A stretch of DNA of 48,162 nt from Nostoc sp. (GTDB taxonomy: Bacteria; Cyanobacteriota; Cyanobacteriia; Cyanobacteriales; Nostocaceae), in the NCBI GenBank assembly GCA_036918135.1, contig JBALDB010000041.1, positions 1-48,162 on the forward strand, in the 5' to 3' direction. The position numbers were made by a program, and so were the translations under genes. Shown here one piece after another: positions 30,471-41,077 of the stretch. A model generated the notes under the pieces. That model worked only from the letters and a program-made list of their open reading frames with translations. It was not told the origin of the DNA and did not search any database. Each line of letters starts with the position of its first letter. The first letter of the stretch is position 1.

Positions 30471-31259
30471 TCAAGCAAAAAACTGGCGGAAATCCTCATC
30501 TTTTTGACTCAATTGCACCCAGTCTAAATTCAAGGACTGGAATTTTTCCACCAAGCGATCGCAAGCTGGACGTTCGGTAGCATAATGTCCTGCGTCGATT
30601 AAAATGAGATTGCGATCGCGGCTTTCTTGAAACTGATGAAATTTGCAGTCAGAAGTCAGGTAAGCTTGGGCACCTGTTTTGCTGACTGCTGAAATAAAAC
30701 TGGCTCCCGAACCACCCAAAACGGCAACTTGTGAAATTGTTTGCTGTAAGTTAGCTGTTGGAGAAAAAATTAAATTCGGGGGAGCTAGTCGGGTTTGAAT
30801 TACTGTCAGAAATTCTTGTAGCGTCATCAATGGCTCTAGCAAACCAACACGACCATATCCTAATCCTAGTTGAGTGGGTACTATGGGAGTAACTTGTTTA
30901 AGTTGTAAAATTTGAGCCAAGACATCAGCAGTACCATCCTCTACTTGGTCAAAATTGGTGTGGGCACTGTAAACGCCAATATTATGAGTAAAAGCTAAGC
31001 GTACCATTTCTGCGATCGCTTCACCAGTGCGTAAGGACTTGGGAGGTGTAAAAATCAGAGGATGATGGGCAAAAATTAGATTAGCATTTAAGGCGATCGC
31101 TTCGTGCATCACTGCTAGAGTTGGTGTCAAACACACTAATACCCGTACTCTTTCCTCTAATACTCCTGGCTCAATCTGCCAGCCACAATTATCCCAGCTT
31201 TCACACCAAGCGGGATTTGCCCATGCTTCAAACCAAGTAATTAAATCAGCAATTTTCAT
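30471..31259 (-). CDS. Nif3/YbgI-like dinuclear metal centre protein
   Basis: WDNCG, AHHPLIF, AHTNFD, DAGHYATE. Confidence 0.93.
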   Translation of the reverse strand: MKIADLITWFEAWANPAWCESWDNCGWQIEPGVLEERVRVLVCLTPTLAVMHEAIALNANLIFAHHPLIFTPPKSLRTGEAIAEMVRLAFTHNIGVYSAHTNFDQVEDGTADVLAQILQLKQVTPIVPTQLGLGYGRVGLLEPLMTLQEFLTVIQTRLAPPNLIFSPTANLQQTISQVAVLGGSGASFISAVSKTGAQAYLTSDCKFHQFQESRDRNLILIDAGHYATERPACDRLVEKFQSLNLDWVQLSQKDEDFRQFFA

Positions 31260-31293
31260 AATTAATTTTTAAGTTGTAATTTTTAATTGCTGC

Positions 31294-32043
31294 TCAGTGT
31301 TTCTGTGGTTGAATGTCTAATTTTAATGCTATCTGCTGCCGCATTTCCTGGAAAGGTTTATTCCATACAGGGCTAGCATTCCAGTTCCATGCTGCTACAG
31401 GAATTAGTTCTTGCTGAGCAAGATAAGTTAGCAGACGGTATTCATCTTCTGGTTCACGAGAAAAGGAGAAAGGATTGCGGTAGCCTGTGTCACACAGTTT
31501 ATAACAAGTAATTTGACCGTAACTAATACGTTGTATCAGTTCCTTACCTTTATTGAGTAAATAATCAAAAAAAACTAAGCTAAAAGGCTCAACTTTAGCA
31601 CGATTTTTTGGATCTTTTTGAACCCATCTTGCCCAATCAAACCCATACAGGAAGTCGTGAACGTAACGGAAGCGAATTTCTGTGTTAATTCCGAACATTT
31701 CCATCAAGTAAAACATCTTTTCACCAAATATTTTTAAAAAATCAACAGCACCTTCATCTGCTACTAAAGCTTGTCTGAGCATACTACTTACCATAAAATC
31801 AAAATCCCAGAAGATGTTTTCTGGAAAATTTTGTAACTGAGTACAAACTATACATTCCAAGGTTTCCTGAAGAGTTGTGATGATTTTGATGTCGATGTTT
31901 TGTTCAGTAATCAAATTTCCCAATTCTGTAAAACTGGTAATTATTTTTTTTTTCGGATTAAGTGATAAAAGTTTAATACAGTGCTGGGCAAGTATTTTAT
32001 CAATAAGTTGTAAAGTATGAGTTGGTGTTAGTTCTTGCTTCAT
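31294..32043 (-). CDS. Hypothetical protein
   Basis: FPENIFWDFD, IRFRYVHDFLYGFDWARW, YRNPFSFSREP; likely ATG at 32043. Confidence 0.75.
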   Translation of the reverse strand: MKQELTPTHTLQLIDKILAQHCIKLLSLNPKKKIITSFTELGNLITEQNIDIKIITTLQETLECIVCTQLQNFPENIFWDFDFMVSSMLRQALVADEGAVDFLKIFGEKMFYLMEMFGINTEIRFRYVHDFLYGFDWARWVQKDPKNRAKVEPFSLVFFDYLLNKGKELIQRISYGQITCYKLCDTGYRNPFSFSREPEDEYRLLTYLAQQELIPVAAWNWNASPVWNKPFQEMRQQIALKLDIQPQKH

Positions 32044-32305
32044 AGGAATTGAAATAGCCCAGCCATCTGACACTAAATATTAGCTTATATTAAAATAATT
32101 AAACTTTTAAATATTTATAAATAAACTTAACTTTTTATTTACATAAATATACATAATATTTTCAGTGTATACCTGATTTATCATTTTTTTGTCAACTATG
32201 CATCAAAGCTAAATTTACAATATTATTCTCAATCAATAAATTGTAAAAATAGTGTATTTAAACTGTAGAAAGCTACACCTTAGATAAATTGAATTTGAGA
32301 AATTG

Positions 32306-32719
32306 CTATCCAGAAATGTGGACAACTAATTCTCTTGAATGACTACGTTGGCGGTGTTCCCAAATATAAATTCCCTGCCAAGTTCCTAATACCAAATGAC
32401 CGCGATTAATAGGGATATGTTCAGAAGTGTGGGTGAGAACTGTACGGATGTGTGCTGGCATGTCATCAGCGCCTTCAGTATCGTGGATATATTTAGCTGA
32501 TTCTGGCACGAGTTTTGCCATAAAATTAGCTAGATCTACAAGAACATCAGGATCGGCATTTTCTTGGATAACTAAACTAGCTGAAGTATGGCGTAAAAAT
32601 AAAGTACAAAGACCAGTTTCAACACCCGACTCTGCAACGATCGCTTCAATCTTATTAGTAATATTGTAAAAAGATTTGCCAGCGGTGGTAATTCTTAATA
32701 ACTTTTGGTAGTGATTCAT
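32306..32719 (-). CDS. yjbQ: YjbQ family (secondary thiamine-phosphate synthase) protein
   Basis: HTSASL..ENADPDV, DDMPAHI, LGTWQGI; ATG at 32719. Confidence 0.92.
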   Translation of the reverse strand: MNHYQKLLRITTAGKSFYNITNKIEAIVAESGVETGLCTLFLRHTSASLVIQENADPDVLVDLANFMAKLVPESAKYIHDTEGADDMPAHIRTVLTHTSEHIPINRGHLVLGTWQGIYIWEHRQRSHSRELVVHISG

Positions 32720-32761
32720 TTTAAACAATAATATTGATGACAAGAAAAGCTAGTTAGCAGT

Positions 32762-32986
32762 TCAAGCTACTTGATTTTGTTGTTCTTTTGTCTCCTGCTT
32801 CTCATTCAACTGAGTATATTTTCTTCCAAAGAACCTTAACAATGCATTTACAAATTCTTTTAGGACATCGGGGATGATAGGTGTGTTAGGTAGATTGTGA
32901 AATCAAGCTGTAATCTTACCTAGATTCGGTTCTGCTAGTTCTAGACTCTTTCGAGAAGATGCAGTATTGTCTTGCTTGCTATTCAT
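32762..32986 (-). pseudogene. 74-codon small ORF interrupted by a single in-frame TGA
   Basis: MNSKQDNTASSRKSLELAEPNLGKITA*FHNLPNTPIIPDVLKEFVNALLRFFGRKYTQLNEKQETKEQQNQVA; internal TGA at 32903-32905. Confidence 0.45.
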
Positions 32987-33454
32987 AATTTTTGTAAATA
33001 GTCATCAGTTATCAGTCATCAACTTCAAACAGGATAATTTATTTCTTGGAGTTACCTTATTATAAGTCTCTCTTAAGTCACTAACATCTGTAAATGGTAT
33101 TCTTAAGGTGAAAGCATCAAATAATCATCTATTAATTTTAGTTTTTCTTTTTTATTAGTCTTCTTGCTTTTTCTAGATTGGAGTTGAGCAAAAATTTACG
33201 TAGCAATAAAGCCCAGATTAGTAGCAAAAAATTAACGATAAATAAAAGTACTTATAAAAATGTAAAAATACTAAATCTTGTAATTAGTCTAAATATTGTT
33301 ATAAAACTTAATAATGCCGTATTTGTAACAAATATATATATTAATCTGAGTGATTAAAATTTGATGTTCTTGCTTTTGTCTTTCAAGCACTAGATGCACA
33401 TTTTGAGCAGCTAATTCCAACGTTTTGTCTATTGTTGGATTTCGCATATTAATT

Positions 33455-34537
33455 TTAACTTGACTGTAAATAATTAATCACAGCCTGAGCGATCGCCTGA
33501 TTACCATCCTTAGAAATTGGTCGGGATTGCTTTGCTGCTTGGGGTAACTCATACAAAAAATCCCAAGTTCCTGCAAAAAACTCGCTAGGGGTGACAATTT
33601 GATGTTGGTTGTAATTAGTTACACCTTCTATTAAAAAACTTGCTTCCGCAAAGTCTTCGCGGGGAAGAGTAATAATGGGTACTCCTAATTTTGTAGCTTC
33701 AGCAAAAGTACTGTAACCAGGTTTGGAAACCACTCGCCCACAAATGGGCATAAAATCTACAGGGCGGTATTTATAGTCATTAATTTTTATTAAATTTGGT
33801 AAATCAGGGGCAAATCGATCGAAGATAATGAATTGCCAATCTGAAAATTGTTGCAGGTTTTCATAGGGAATTTGCTGTAAACCCAAGCCACCAAAAGTCA
33901 ATAAAACTGTTTTTTCAACTGGTGTAGTTATTCCCCAAATAGAGCGTAAATCATCCAGAGAATAATGGGGAGAACCACCTGTTAAACCAACATCTGTGAT
34001 ATTATTAAAAGCCTTCATTGGTTCGTGGAAAGGGAGACGAAACAGGCGATCGCACTTTGAATACCAATCACTAATCCAGTCTGCAACTGCGTTCCATTCA
34101 CTCCCCCAATTTCGGTAGATAAAATCCCAGCCAAAATTACTCATCATCCAGCAGGGAATATTTGCAGCTTTGGCAAAGCCAGGAGCAAGAAAGGGAATAT
34201 CTGCCAAGATGAGATTAACGCGATTTTGACGGATAAAATTGACTTCTGAGGCAATTAAAGAATTTTGATGTTTTTTAATATCTAGCAACTTTTCTAAAGT
34301 CGCTGCTTTATCCATTGTCAAACTATCAGCTTGCACAACACCTAAATCAAATGCACGGGGACGATAGATAAAATCGTTTTCTATATAGCACTCTAATAAC
34401 CAGCGTGGTGCAGTCGTCACTATAATTAGCAGAACTTCTGGGCATAACTTTTGAATTGTTGCAGCGACAGAAGCCATACGAGTAGCATGACCAAAGCCGT
34501 GATTGGTTATGGCTAAATATAAAATTGGGCGTTCCAT
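33455..34537 (-). CDS. GT-B fold glycosyltransferase-like protein
   Basis: HGFGHATR, ADIP, SNFGWD, SKPGYSTFAE, REDFAE. Confidence 0.85.
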   Translation of the reverse strand: MERPILYLAITNHGFGHATRMASVAATIQKLCPEVLLIIVTTAPRWLLECYIENDFIYRPRAFDLGVVQADSLTMDKAATLEKLLDIKKHQNSLIASEVNFIRQNRVNLILADIPFLAPGFAKAANIPCWMMSNFGWDFIYRNWGSEWNAVADWISDWYSKCDRLFRLPFHEPMKAFNNITDVGLTGGSPHYSLDDLRSIWGITTPVEKTVLLTFGGLGLQQIPYENLQQFSDWQFIIFDRFAPDLPNLIKINDYKYRPVDFMPICGRVVSKPGYSTFAEATKLGVPIITLPREDFAEASFLIEGVTNYNQHQIVTPSEFFAGTWDFLYELPQAAKQSRPISKDGNQAIAQAVINYLQSS

Positions 34538-34614
34538 TTTCAAGTTTAAATTTTTTCATTGGTGATTAGGAGTTAGAATTATAATTCCAACTCCTAATTG
34601 TTAGTTATTAACTT

Positions 34615-35808
34615 TTAATTACTTTGGCAAAAACTTTGAATTGCCTCAATTAATTGGTCGATTTCCGATTCTAAAGTAAAGTAATGGACAGTAGCACGGA
34701 TACAGTTTGGGTTGGCAATTGTGCGAGTTAAGATTTTTTGTGACTCTAAAAATTGCACTAATTTGGCACTAGCTTGAGGCTGGTTATTTGTAAGTTGAAA
34801 AGAGACTATACCGCTTTCTGGTGGGGAAGTTCGCAGACATTTAACATCAGCTAATGCTGTTAACTGTCGCCAAAGGTACTCACTGTTGTGACAAATTTGC
34901 TCGTAACGTTCCTGAGAAGTTCCCCATTGCTGATGGATAGCGATCGCTGACTGTAACCCTGCATACAAAGAATAAGCTGTGGTAGAGACTTCATATCTTC
35001 GCCCATCTGGAAGCCAATCCACAGGCTGAGCTTGACTATCGACAACAATGCCACTATAGCCAATAAATGTCGGTTTGAGGCTTTCTCGCGCTTCTGGTCG
35101 TACATACAAACCCCCTGCACCAGCAGGGCCGCATAACCATTTATGACCAGTAAAAGCATAAAAATCTACCCCCAATTCAGTTAAATTTAAAGGCAACAAA
35201 CCAACAGATTGGGCAGCATCTATTAAGAGTGCAGAATGATTATTTCGACATAATTGGGCAATTTTATCTAGAGGTAAAACTTGACCTGTATTCCATAAAA
35301 CATGACTCAAGACTACTAGGCGGGTATTGGGGCGCAAGTGTTCGCTAATAACTTTTACAGGGTCGCCTTCATTTAAAGTCGCCTTCAAGGGACAAGTAGT
35401 AACTTCTGTAGCGAATCGCCTGCCGATTTCTTGGGCTGTGGCAATCACGCCTGGGTGTTCGCAGTCTGAGAGCAGTATGTGGTCGCCAGCACGCCACTGT
35501 ATACCCCACATAGCGATATTACAGCCAACAGTGACATTCTCAGTCAGGGTTATTGTATCAGCTGGTATCTGTAACTCCGAAGCGATCGCAACTCTTGCAG
35601 CTTGCACTTGTGGTTTGATCCAGCAATACACCTCATAACCAAAAGGGCCTATATGCTGAATATGAGCTTCAGTTTGAGCGATCGCATCCATTGCCCCACG
35701 GGGCATCGGCCCTTGTCCTCCATAATTAAAATAAGCCTTATTTGCTAAAGCGGGAAATTGCTCTCGATGGCGATGCAACCTGGTTAGTGCAACAGAACTA
35801 GTGGTCAT
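34615..35808 (-). CDS. Class V PLP-dependent aminotransferase (cysteine/cystine lyase-like)
   Basis: YFNYGGQGP, EHP, DAAQSVG, TGHKWLCGP. Confidence 0.9.
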   Translation of the reverse strand: MTTSSVALTRLHRHREQFPALANKAYFNYGGQGPMPRGAMDAIAQTEAHIQHIGPFGYEVYCWIKPQVQAARVAIASELQIPADTITLTENVTVGCNIAMWGIQWRAGDHILLSDCEHPGVIATAQEIGRRFATEVTTCPLKATLNEGDPVKVISEHLRPNTRLVVLSHVLWNTGQVLPLDKIAQLCRNNHSALLIDAAQSVGLLPLNLTELGVDFYAFTGHKWLCGPAGAGGLYVRPEARESLKPTFIGYSGIVVDSQAQPVDWLPDGRRYEVSTTAYSLYAGLQSAIAIHQQWGTSQERYEQICHNSEYLWRQLTALADVKCLRTSPPESGIVSFQLTNNQPQASAKLVQFLESQKILTRTIANPNCIRATVHYFTLESEIDQLIEAIQSFCQSN

Positions 35809-35911
35809 ACCAATTTTAGATTTTAGATTTTGGATTAATTATTAGTCATTGGTCGTTTGTCATTGGTCATTAGTCATTTTTCATTTGTCATTTGTTATTA
35901 GTTTCCCCATC

Positions 35912-35990
35912 TCCCGGTTGGTGAGCGTACTCCTACGGAGAAGCAAGCTACGCGTAGCGTCTCGTAGAGAAGCCGAACCACATCTCCCCA
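35912..35990 (+). repeat. 79-bp composite repeat, left copy flanking the TM0106 gene
   Basis: 70/79 identical to the reverse complement of 37548-37626 by manual alignment. Confidence 0.85.
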
Positions 35991-36065
35991 TCTCCTCATC
36001 TCCCACTCCATTATTAATTGTCTGAGTCACCCCCAGAGAGTGCTAATTGTTGTTAACTTAAAGAA

Positions 36066-37526
36066 ATGCTAATTAATGCTGAACTCCTACTGCAATATCA
36101 ACGCTGTAAACGCCGACCTTTTTTAGATATCCACGGTGATAAAAGTCAGCGTGATGCTCCTAATGAACTGCTTTTTAAACTACAACAGGACAAAATCGCT
36201 CATCAACTGAGTAATTTAGCTCAGCTGACTTATCACCAGCCAGATTATCCATCTGGAAACTGGAAAGCGGCACAAAAGGCAACTTTAGAATTGATGCAAC
36301 AAGGGGTTGAGTACATTTATAAAGGAGTGTTATTAGCAACTTATTCTGAAGGATACACCTTACTGAGTCGTCCAGATTTACTCGTTAAACAGCCAGGACA
36401 ATCTCTTTTTGGAGATTGGATGTATGTCCCGGCTAGTATTGAACTCGGTAAGCGTCCCAAACAAGAATATCAAGTTGTGGCAGCGTTTCATGCTCAAGTG
36501 TTGGCAACAGTCCAAGGAGTTGTACCCGAAACAGCTTTGCTAATTTTGCGAACTAAAAACACTAGTTATGCGGTGGATCTATTTAAATGGACGCCACAGA
36601 TGCAGCAAATTCTAGAAGAATTTATTCAAGTTTTAGAGTTACCAAATCCGCCAGAGGTGTTTATTTCTCGGCAAAAGTGCAATCTTTGTCAATGGTATAG
36701 TCAATGTTATGCGATCGCTCAAACTCAGCAACATCTCTCACTGTTACCAGGCGTAACACCCATTCGCTACAGTCAACTGCAAACCTTAGACATAACTACA
36801 CTCGAATCTCTCGCCAATACTAGTCCCAGCATTCTCGAAAACCTGGTTGGTTTCGACACTCAAGTAGCGCCAAAGCTGGTAGTGCAAGCTCAATCTGTAC
36901 TCCAAAAACGACCTTTAATCTTACCGTACCCCCTACCAAAAGAAAATGTTACATTCACAGCGCCGATAGAGCTTTACTTTGATATTGAGGCGCAACCAGA
37001 CTTGGATTTAAATTATCTGTTAGGGGTTTTGGTGGTTGATAGACTTGCCAACACAGAAAAATTTTATTCTTTTTTAGCAGATAAACCAGAAGACGAAGAA
37101 TTAGTTTGGCAGCAATTTTTGAATTTAGTTTGGCAATATCCCCAAGCGCCAATTTATCATTTTTGTGTCTATGAATTTGATACAGTCAAACGGCTGGCAA
37201 AGCTTTATAATACTCCCTACTCCAGTGTGCGTCCTGTACTGAATCGATTTGTCGATATATACGAACAATTAACTCAAAGTGTCGCATTGCCTGTAGAAAG
37301 CTATGCTCTCAAAGCGATCGCTCGTTGGTTAGGATTTGAGTGGCGTGACAAAGAAGCTAGTGGTGCTAAGTGTATTTACTGGTATGAACAATGGTTAAAA
37401 ACAGGCGATCGCACTTTATTAGAAAGTATCCAAAGCTACAACGAAGATGACTGTCGTGCCACCAGGGTAGTCAAAGACTGGCTTGTTCAGTTTTTCCATG
37501 ATGAATATACTTGGCAACTTGCTTAA
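36066..37526 (+). CDS. TM0106 family RecB-like putative nuclease (Cas4-like Cys cluster, HhH, RNase H-like domain)
   Basis: QRCKRR, RPDLL, CNLCQWYSQC, LLPGV, YFDIE, YALKAIA, YNEDDC. Confidence 0.9.
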   Translation: MLINAELLLQYQRCKRRPFLDIHGDKSQRDAPNELLFKLQQDKIAHQLSNLAQLTYHQPDYPSGNWKAAQKATLELMQQGVEYIYKGVLLATYSEGYTLLSRPDLLVKQPGQSLFGDWMYVPASIELGKRPKQEYQVVAAFHAQVLATVQGVVPETALLILRTKNTSYAVDLFKWTPQMQQILEEFIQVLELPNPPEVFISRQKCNLCQWYSQCYAIAQTQQHLSLLPGVTPIRYSQLQTLDITTLESLANTSPSILENLVGFDTQVAPKLVVQAQSVLQKRPLILPYPLPKENVTFTAPIELYFDIEAQPDLDLNYLLGVLVVDRLANTEKFYSFLADKPEDEELVWQQFLNLVWQYPQAPIYHFCVYEFDTVKRLAKLYNTPYSSVRPVLNRFVDIYEQLTQSVALPVESYALKAIARWLGFEWRDKEASGAKCIYWYEQWLKTGDRTLLESIQSYNEDDCRATRVVKDWLVQFFHDEYTWQLA

Positions 37527-37547
37527 TTAGTGATTCATAGTAGGGAG

Positions 37548-37626
37548 TGGGGAGATGTGGTTCGGCTTCTCTACGAGACGCTACACGTAGCTTGCTTAAG
37601 AGCAAGGGTACGCTCACGAACCGGGA
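37548..37626 (-). repeat. 79-bp composite repeat, right inverted copy flanking the TM0106 gene
   Basis: Reverse complement reads TCCCGGTTCGTGAGCGTAC...AAGCAAGCTACGTGTAGCGTCTCGTAGAGAAGCCGAACCACATCTCCCCA. Confidence 0.85.
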
Positions 37627-37864
37627 AATAAGGGAGATGAGAAGATGGGGAGACAATGACAAATGACCAATGAGTAATTTTAATCTCATTTAGATAATTT
37701 AGAAATTTTTACTCCCCACTCCCTACTTCCCCAAAGTAAAAGGTACAAACTACTGAGTACTAGGAAATTGTGACAAAATTTGTCTGTAGGTAATAGCCTC
37801 GGACAAAATTTTGGGTATGATTACCCAGTCCCCAATCACTTTTATAATTTAGCAATAGCTTTCT

Positions 37865-39049
37865 ATGTGGTTAATTAAAAAAATTTTTGTCTTCCCACGA
37901 ATTATTTACTTTTTCATCCCAATTCTAATTATCAGTCTCTTCTTCACAAACTTACCATCAAACGCTATTGAAATCAGTAGTATAAAATTTATCGGAGAAG
38001 TTACTTTTCCAAAAAAATTAATTTTCAAAAAAACTGAAGTTGGAGGTTTATCTGGAATTACCTATGATGCCAAAAATAATCTTTATTATGCTATTTCTGA
38101 TGACCGGGGACAAAAAGGTAATACCCGTTTCTATACTTTAAAAATTGACTTAAGTAAGGATTCTTTACAAAAGAATGGAATTGCTGTTGTTAATGTAATC
38201 ACCTTGTTAAATGAAAATGGGGAAAAATTTATTCCTGGTCAAACTGATACAGAAGGCATAGCTTTAACTAATAAAGGTTCTGTATTTATTTCTTCTGAAG
38301 GTGATGTTAATAAATTAATTAATCCTTTTATTAAAGAGTTCTCACTCTCTTCTGGTAGAGAAATTACAACACTTCCCATACCAAACAAGTTTTTGCCAGA
38401 TAAAAATCGCCAACAAGGTATTCGTAACAATTTGGCTTTTGAAAGCCTCACCATCACACCCGATCAAAAGCATCTATTCACAGCTACAGAAAATGCGCTA
38501 ATTCAAGATGGTTCAGCTGCTCAACCTAACATTGGTAGTCCTTGTCGGATTTTGCAATATAACTTATTCAGCAAGCAGCCAGAACAGGAATTTCTTTACC
38601 AAACTCAACCAGTAGCACCGTTTTTGAATCTGACAGGTAAGTTTGCTAGTGGATTACCTGATTTACTTGCTCTCGATAATCAGGGACACTTCTTAAGTTT
38701 AGAACGGTCTTTTACTGGTATAGGATTTGCTGTTTCTCTGTTCCAAGTTTCTTTAGATGGAGCCGATGATATTCACAAGATTAATAGCCTTTTAGCAATT
38801 GACTCCAAAAATATTAAACCAGTTCAGAAAAAACTCTTATTAGATTTGAGAACTCTACATGTAGCCCTAGATAATATTGAAGGCTTAACTCTTGGCCCTA
38901 AGTTACCTGATGGACAGCGCTCATTAATTCTTGTGAGTGACAACAATTTTAACTCCATCGAACGCACTGAATTCTTAGCTTTTAAAATTAAAATAGAAAC
39001 ACCACTAATTAGATTCTTACACCGTTTACTGCCAAATCTCAATCGTTAA
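37865..39049 (+). CDS. Esterase-like activity of phytase family protein (secreted beta-propeller)
   Basis: Signal peptide, GGLSGI, ISDDRG, DTEGI, NLAFESL, DNIEGL, SDNNF. Confidence 0.88.
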   Translation: MWLIKKIFVFPRIIYFFIPILIISLFFTNLPSNAIEISSIKFIGEVTFPKKLIFKKTEVGGLSGITYDAKNNLYYAISDDRGQKGNTRFYTLKIDLSKDSLQKNGIAVVNVITLLNENGEKFIPGQTDTEGIALTNKGSVFISSEGDVNKLINPFIKEFSLSSGREITTLPIPNKFLPDKNRQQGIRNNLAFESLTITPDQKHLFTATENALIQDGSAAQPNIGSPCRILQYNLFSKQPEQEFLYQTQPVAPFLNLTGKFASGLPDLLALDNQGHFLSLERSFTGIGFAVSLFQVSLDGADDIHKINSLLAIDSKNIKPVQKKLLLDLRTLHVALDNIEGLTLGPKLPDGQRSLILVSDNNFNSIERTEFLAFKIKIETPLIRFLHRLLPNLNR

Positions 39050-39368
39050 CCATACAAAGTTTAAGTAATTACTTTTACTACTATTTACTTTTTCCTGGTT
39101 GTTACTGTGTATTCACGGAATATACCAGGTAATTTCATTTAGCTTATTTATACTTTCAGTGTAATTTCTCAGCCGTGTTCTTTAATAAATATGTTACATA
39201 ATGTTTAAGAGCTTTTGCAGATAGGCACTCTATAGTTTAATAAAATAAATTTTTTAGAGGAGTTTTTAAGATTATTATGTAATGAACTTGAATGAATAAT
39301 TTTCAAATTTTTATAATAATTTTTTGTTAACTAAGTACTTAATAAACAATATTTATAATAATTTTTTT

Positions 39369-40985
39369 ATGAAATCCAAAAAAGTTGAGAATATAGTAGG
39401 GCAAAAAGTAGAGTTAGACAATTATATTGGACAATTTTTAAATAATCGCTATTTAATCAGAGATTTAATTGGTAAAGGAGGAATGGGTAGAGTTTACTTA
39501 GCAGAAGATACTGCTAAAGGTGGGATGGCGATCGCAGTCAAAATTTTATCACTCAGTTTAGCTAACCAGCAAATGTCTCAACGCTTTGCCAGAGAAATTT
39601 TTATTGGCGCTCAATTAGGTCGTAAAAGTAAACATATTGTTCGCATTTTAAGTTACGGTGTGACTGAGGATAAAATTCCCTTTTATATAATGGAATATCT
39701 TCAAGGTAAAAATCTCAAACAGATTTTAAAAGTCCAACCTTTAACAATATCCAAGTTTTTAGAGATTACTCATCAAATTTGTTTAGGTTTGCAATGTGCC
39801 CACCAAGGTATTAGCCTCAAAGGAGAAAATTATCCCATTGTTCATAGGGATATCAAACCAGAAAATATATTTCTGAATCAAGATGGAAAAGGAGAAATTG
39901 TCAAAATCCTCGATTTTGGAATTGCTAAGTTTTTAACAGAGCGAAGTGGCATGACTTTAACAGATTCTTTTATCGGCAGTTTGCCTTATTGTTCTCCAGA
40001 ACACATGGAAGGACGCAAACTGTTGGATATCCGCTCTGATATTTATAGTTTGGGAGTGTTGATGTTTGAAATGTTAACAGGTAAACATCCATTTCAGACA
40101 AAAAGTAACTCATTTGGTAGTTGGTATCAAGCACATCGTTTTCAAATGCCACCTCCAGTTGAAGAAGTAAATCCTCAAGTAAAAATACCCCAGGTACTAC
40201 AAAAAATTTTGATGAGTTGTTTGGCTAAAGAAGTAAGCGATCGCCCTCAAAATATCAATCAAATATTAAACGAATTAGCAAAGGTAAATAGCCAACTTGA
40301 AGATACTAATAATAATAGTAATGAAAGTATTGAAATATTATTGCCTGTACAATTAGTTCCTGCTACACTTTTATCAGAAAAAGAGTGTTTACAGAAAAAA
40401 TGGCCGAAAAATAAACCAGTCGCACCAATTGGATTTCCTCATTTATTACATACTCCTCAAAGAACTATACCAACTTTTTGGGCAATGCTGCCCAAACAAG
40501 AAATTATAAAATTTTTGGATAAAGTACATGGTACAGAATTTATTACTAAAATAAATATATGCCCAATATTATTGTGGGTAACAGTGCTGTATGATGCTGA
40601 GCCTTCTCTAACGAAATGGTTACCTTATTTTTTGGATTTGAAAGATTATAAAGGGCAGAATATAGCGCGTAGTTTAGCAGAAGTAGGTTACTATCATCTA
40701 CTATTCTTTTCCCTAGAAGACCCCAACCGTTGTTCTCATGTCACAACTTTAAGTCTCACAGCTAACCAACGGCAACAACTTATAGATTGGTTAAATGTCA
40801 CTCAACAATTGAATGAATCAATTTTACCTAAAGAAGCCAAAAATCTTCTGAAGATAGAGTATGAAAAGCTAAAAATAGATATTTTAAGAAAGTTAATTTC
40901 AAAACAAAAAGCTGAAAAAGAAACTTTAAAGAAGAAAATGGCAAAATTTTGGGAAATAATTTTTAAATTTTTGTCATTTCGTTAA
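39369..40985 (+). CDS. Hanks-type Ser/Thr protein kinase, SpkA-like (copy 1)
   Basis: GKGGMG, AVK, HRDIKPEN, DFG, SPE, SDIYSLG; C-terminal WP.NKP / LLWVTVLY / WLP domain; ATG at 39369. Confidence 0.92.
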   Translation: MKSKKVENIVGQKVELDNYIGQFLNNRYLIRDLIGKGGMGRVYLAEDTAKGGMAIAVKILSLSLANQQMSQRFAREIFIGAQLGRKSKHIVRILSYGVTEDKIPFYIMEYLQGKNLKQILKVQPLTISKFLEITHQICLGLQCAHQGISLKGENYPIVHRDIKPENIFLNQDGKGEIVKILDFGIAKFLTERSGMTLTDSFIGSLPYCSPEHMEGRKLLDIRSDIYSLGVLMFEMLTGKHPFQTKSNSFGSWYQAHRFQMPPPVEEVNPQVKIPQVLQKILMSCLAKEVSDRPQNINQILNELAKVNSQLEDTNNNSNESIEILLPVQLVPATLLSEKECLQKKWPKNKPVAPIGFPHLLHTPQRTIPTFWAMLPKQEIIKFLDKVHGTEFITKINICPILLWVTVLYDAEPSLTKWLPYFLDLKDYKGQNIARSLAEVGYYHLLFFSLEDPNRCSHVTTLSLTANQRQQLIDWLNVTQQLNESILPKEAKNLLKIEYEKLKIDILRKLISKQKAEKETLKKKMAKFWEIIFKFLSFR

Positions 40986-41077
40986 TATTGAAATTTTTCA
41001 AAGTATTGCCTAATTTTAATAATATTTAATTCGTGTATGATTAATTACAAATAGACTAAGGAGCAGAGGTTATCAAA

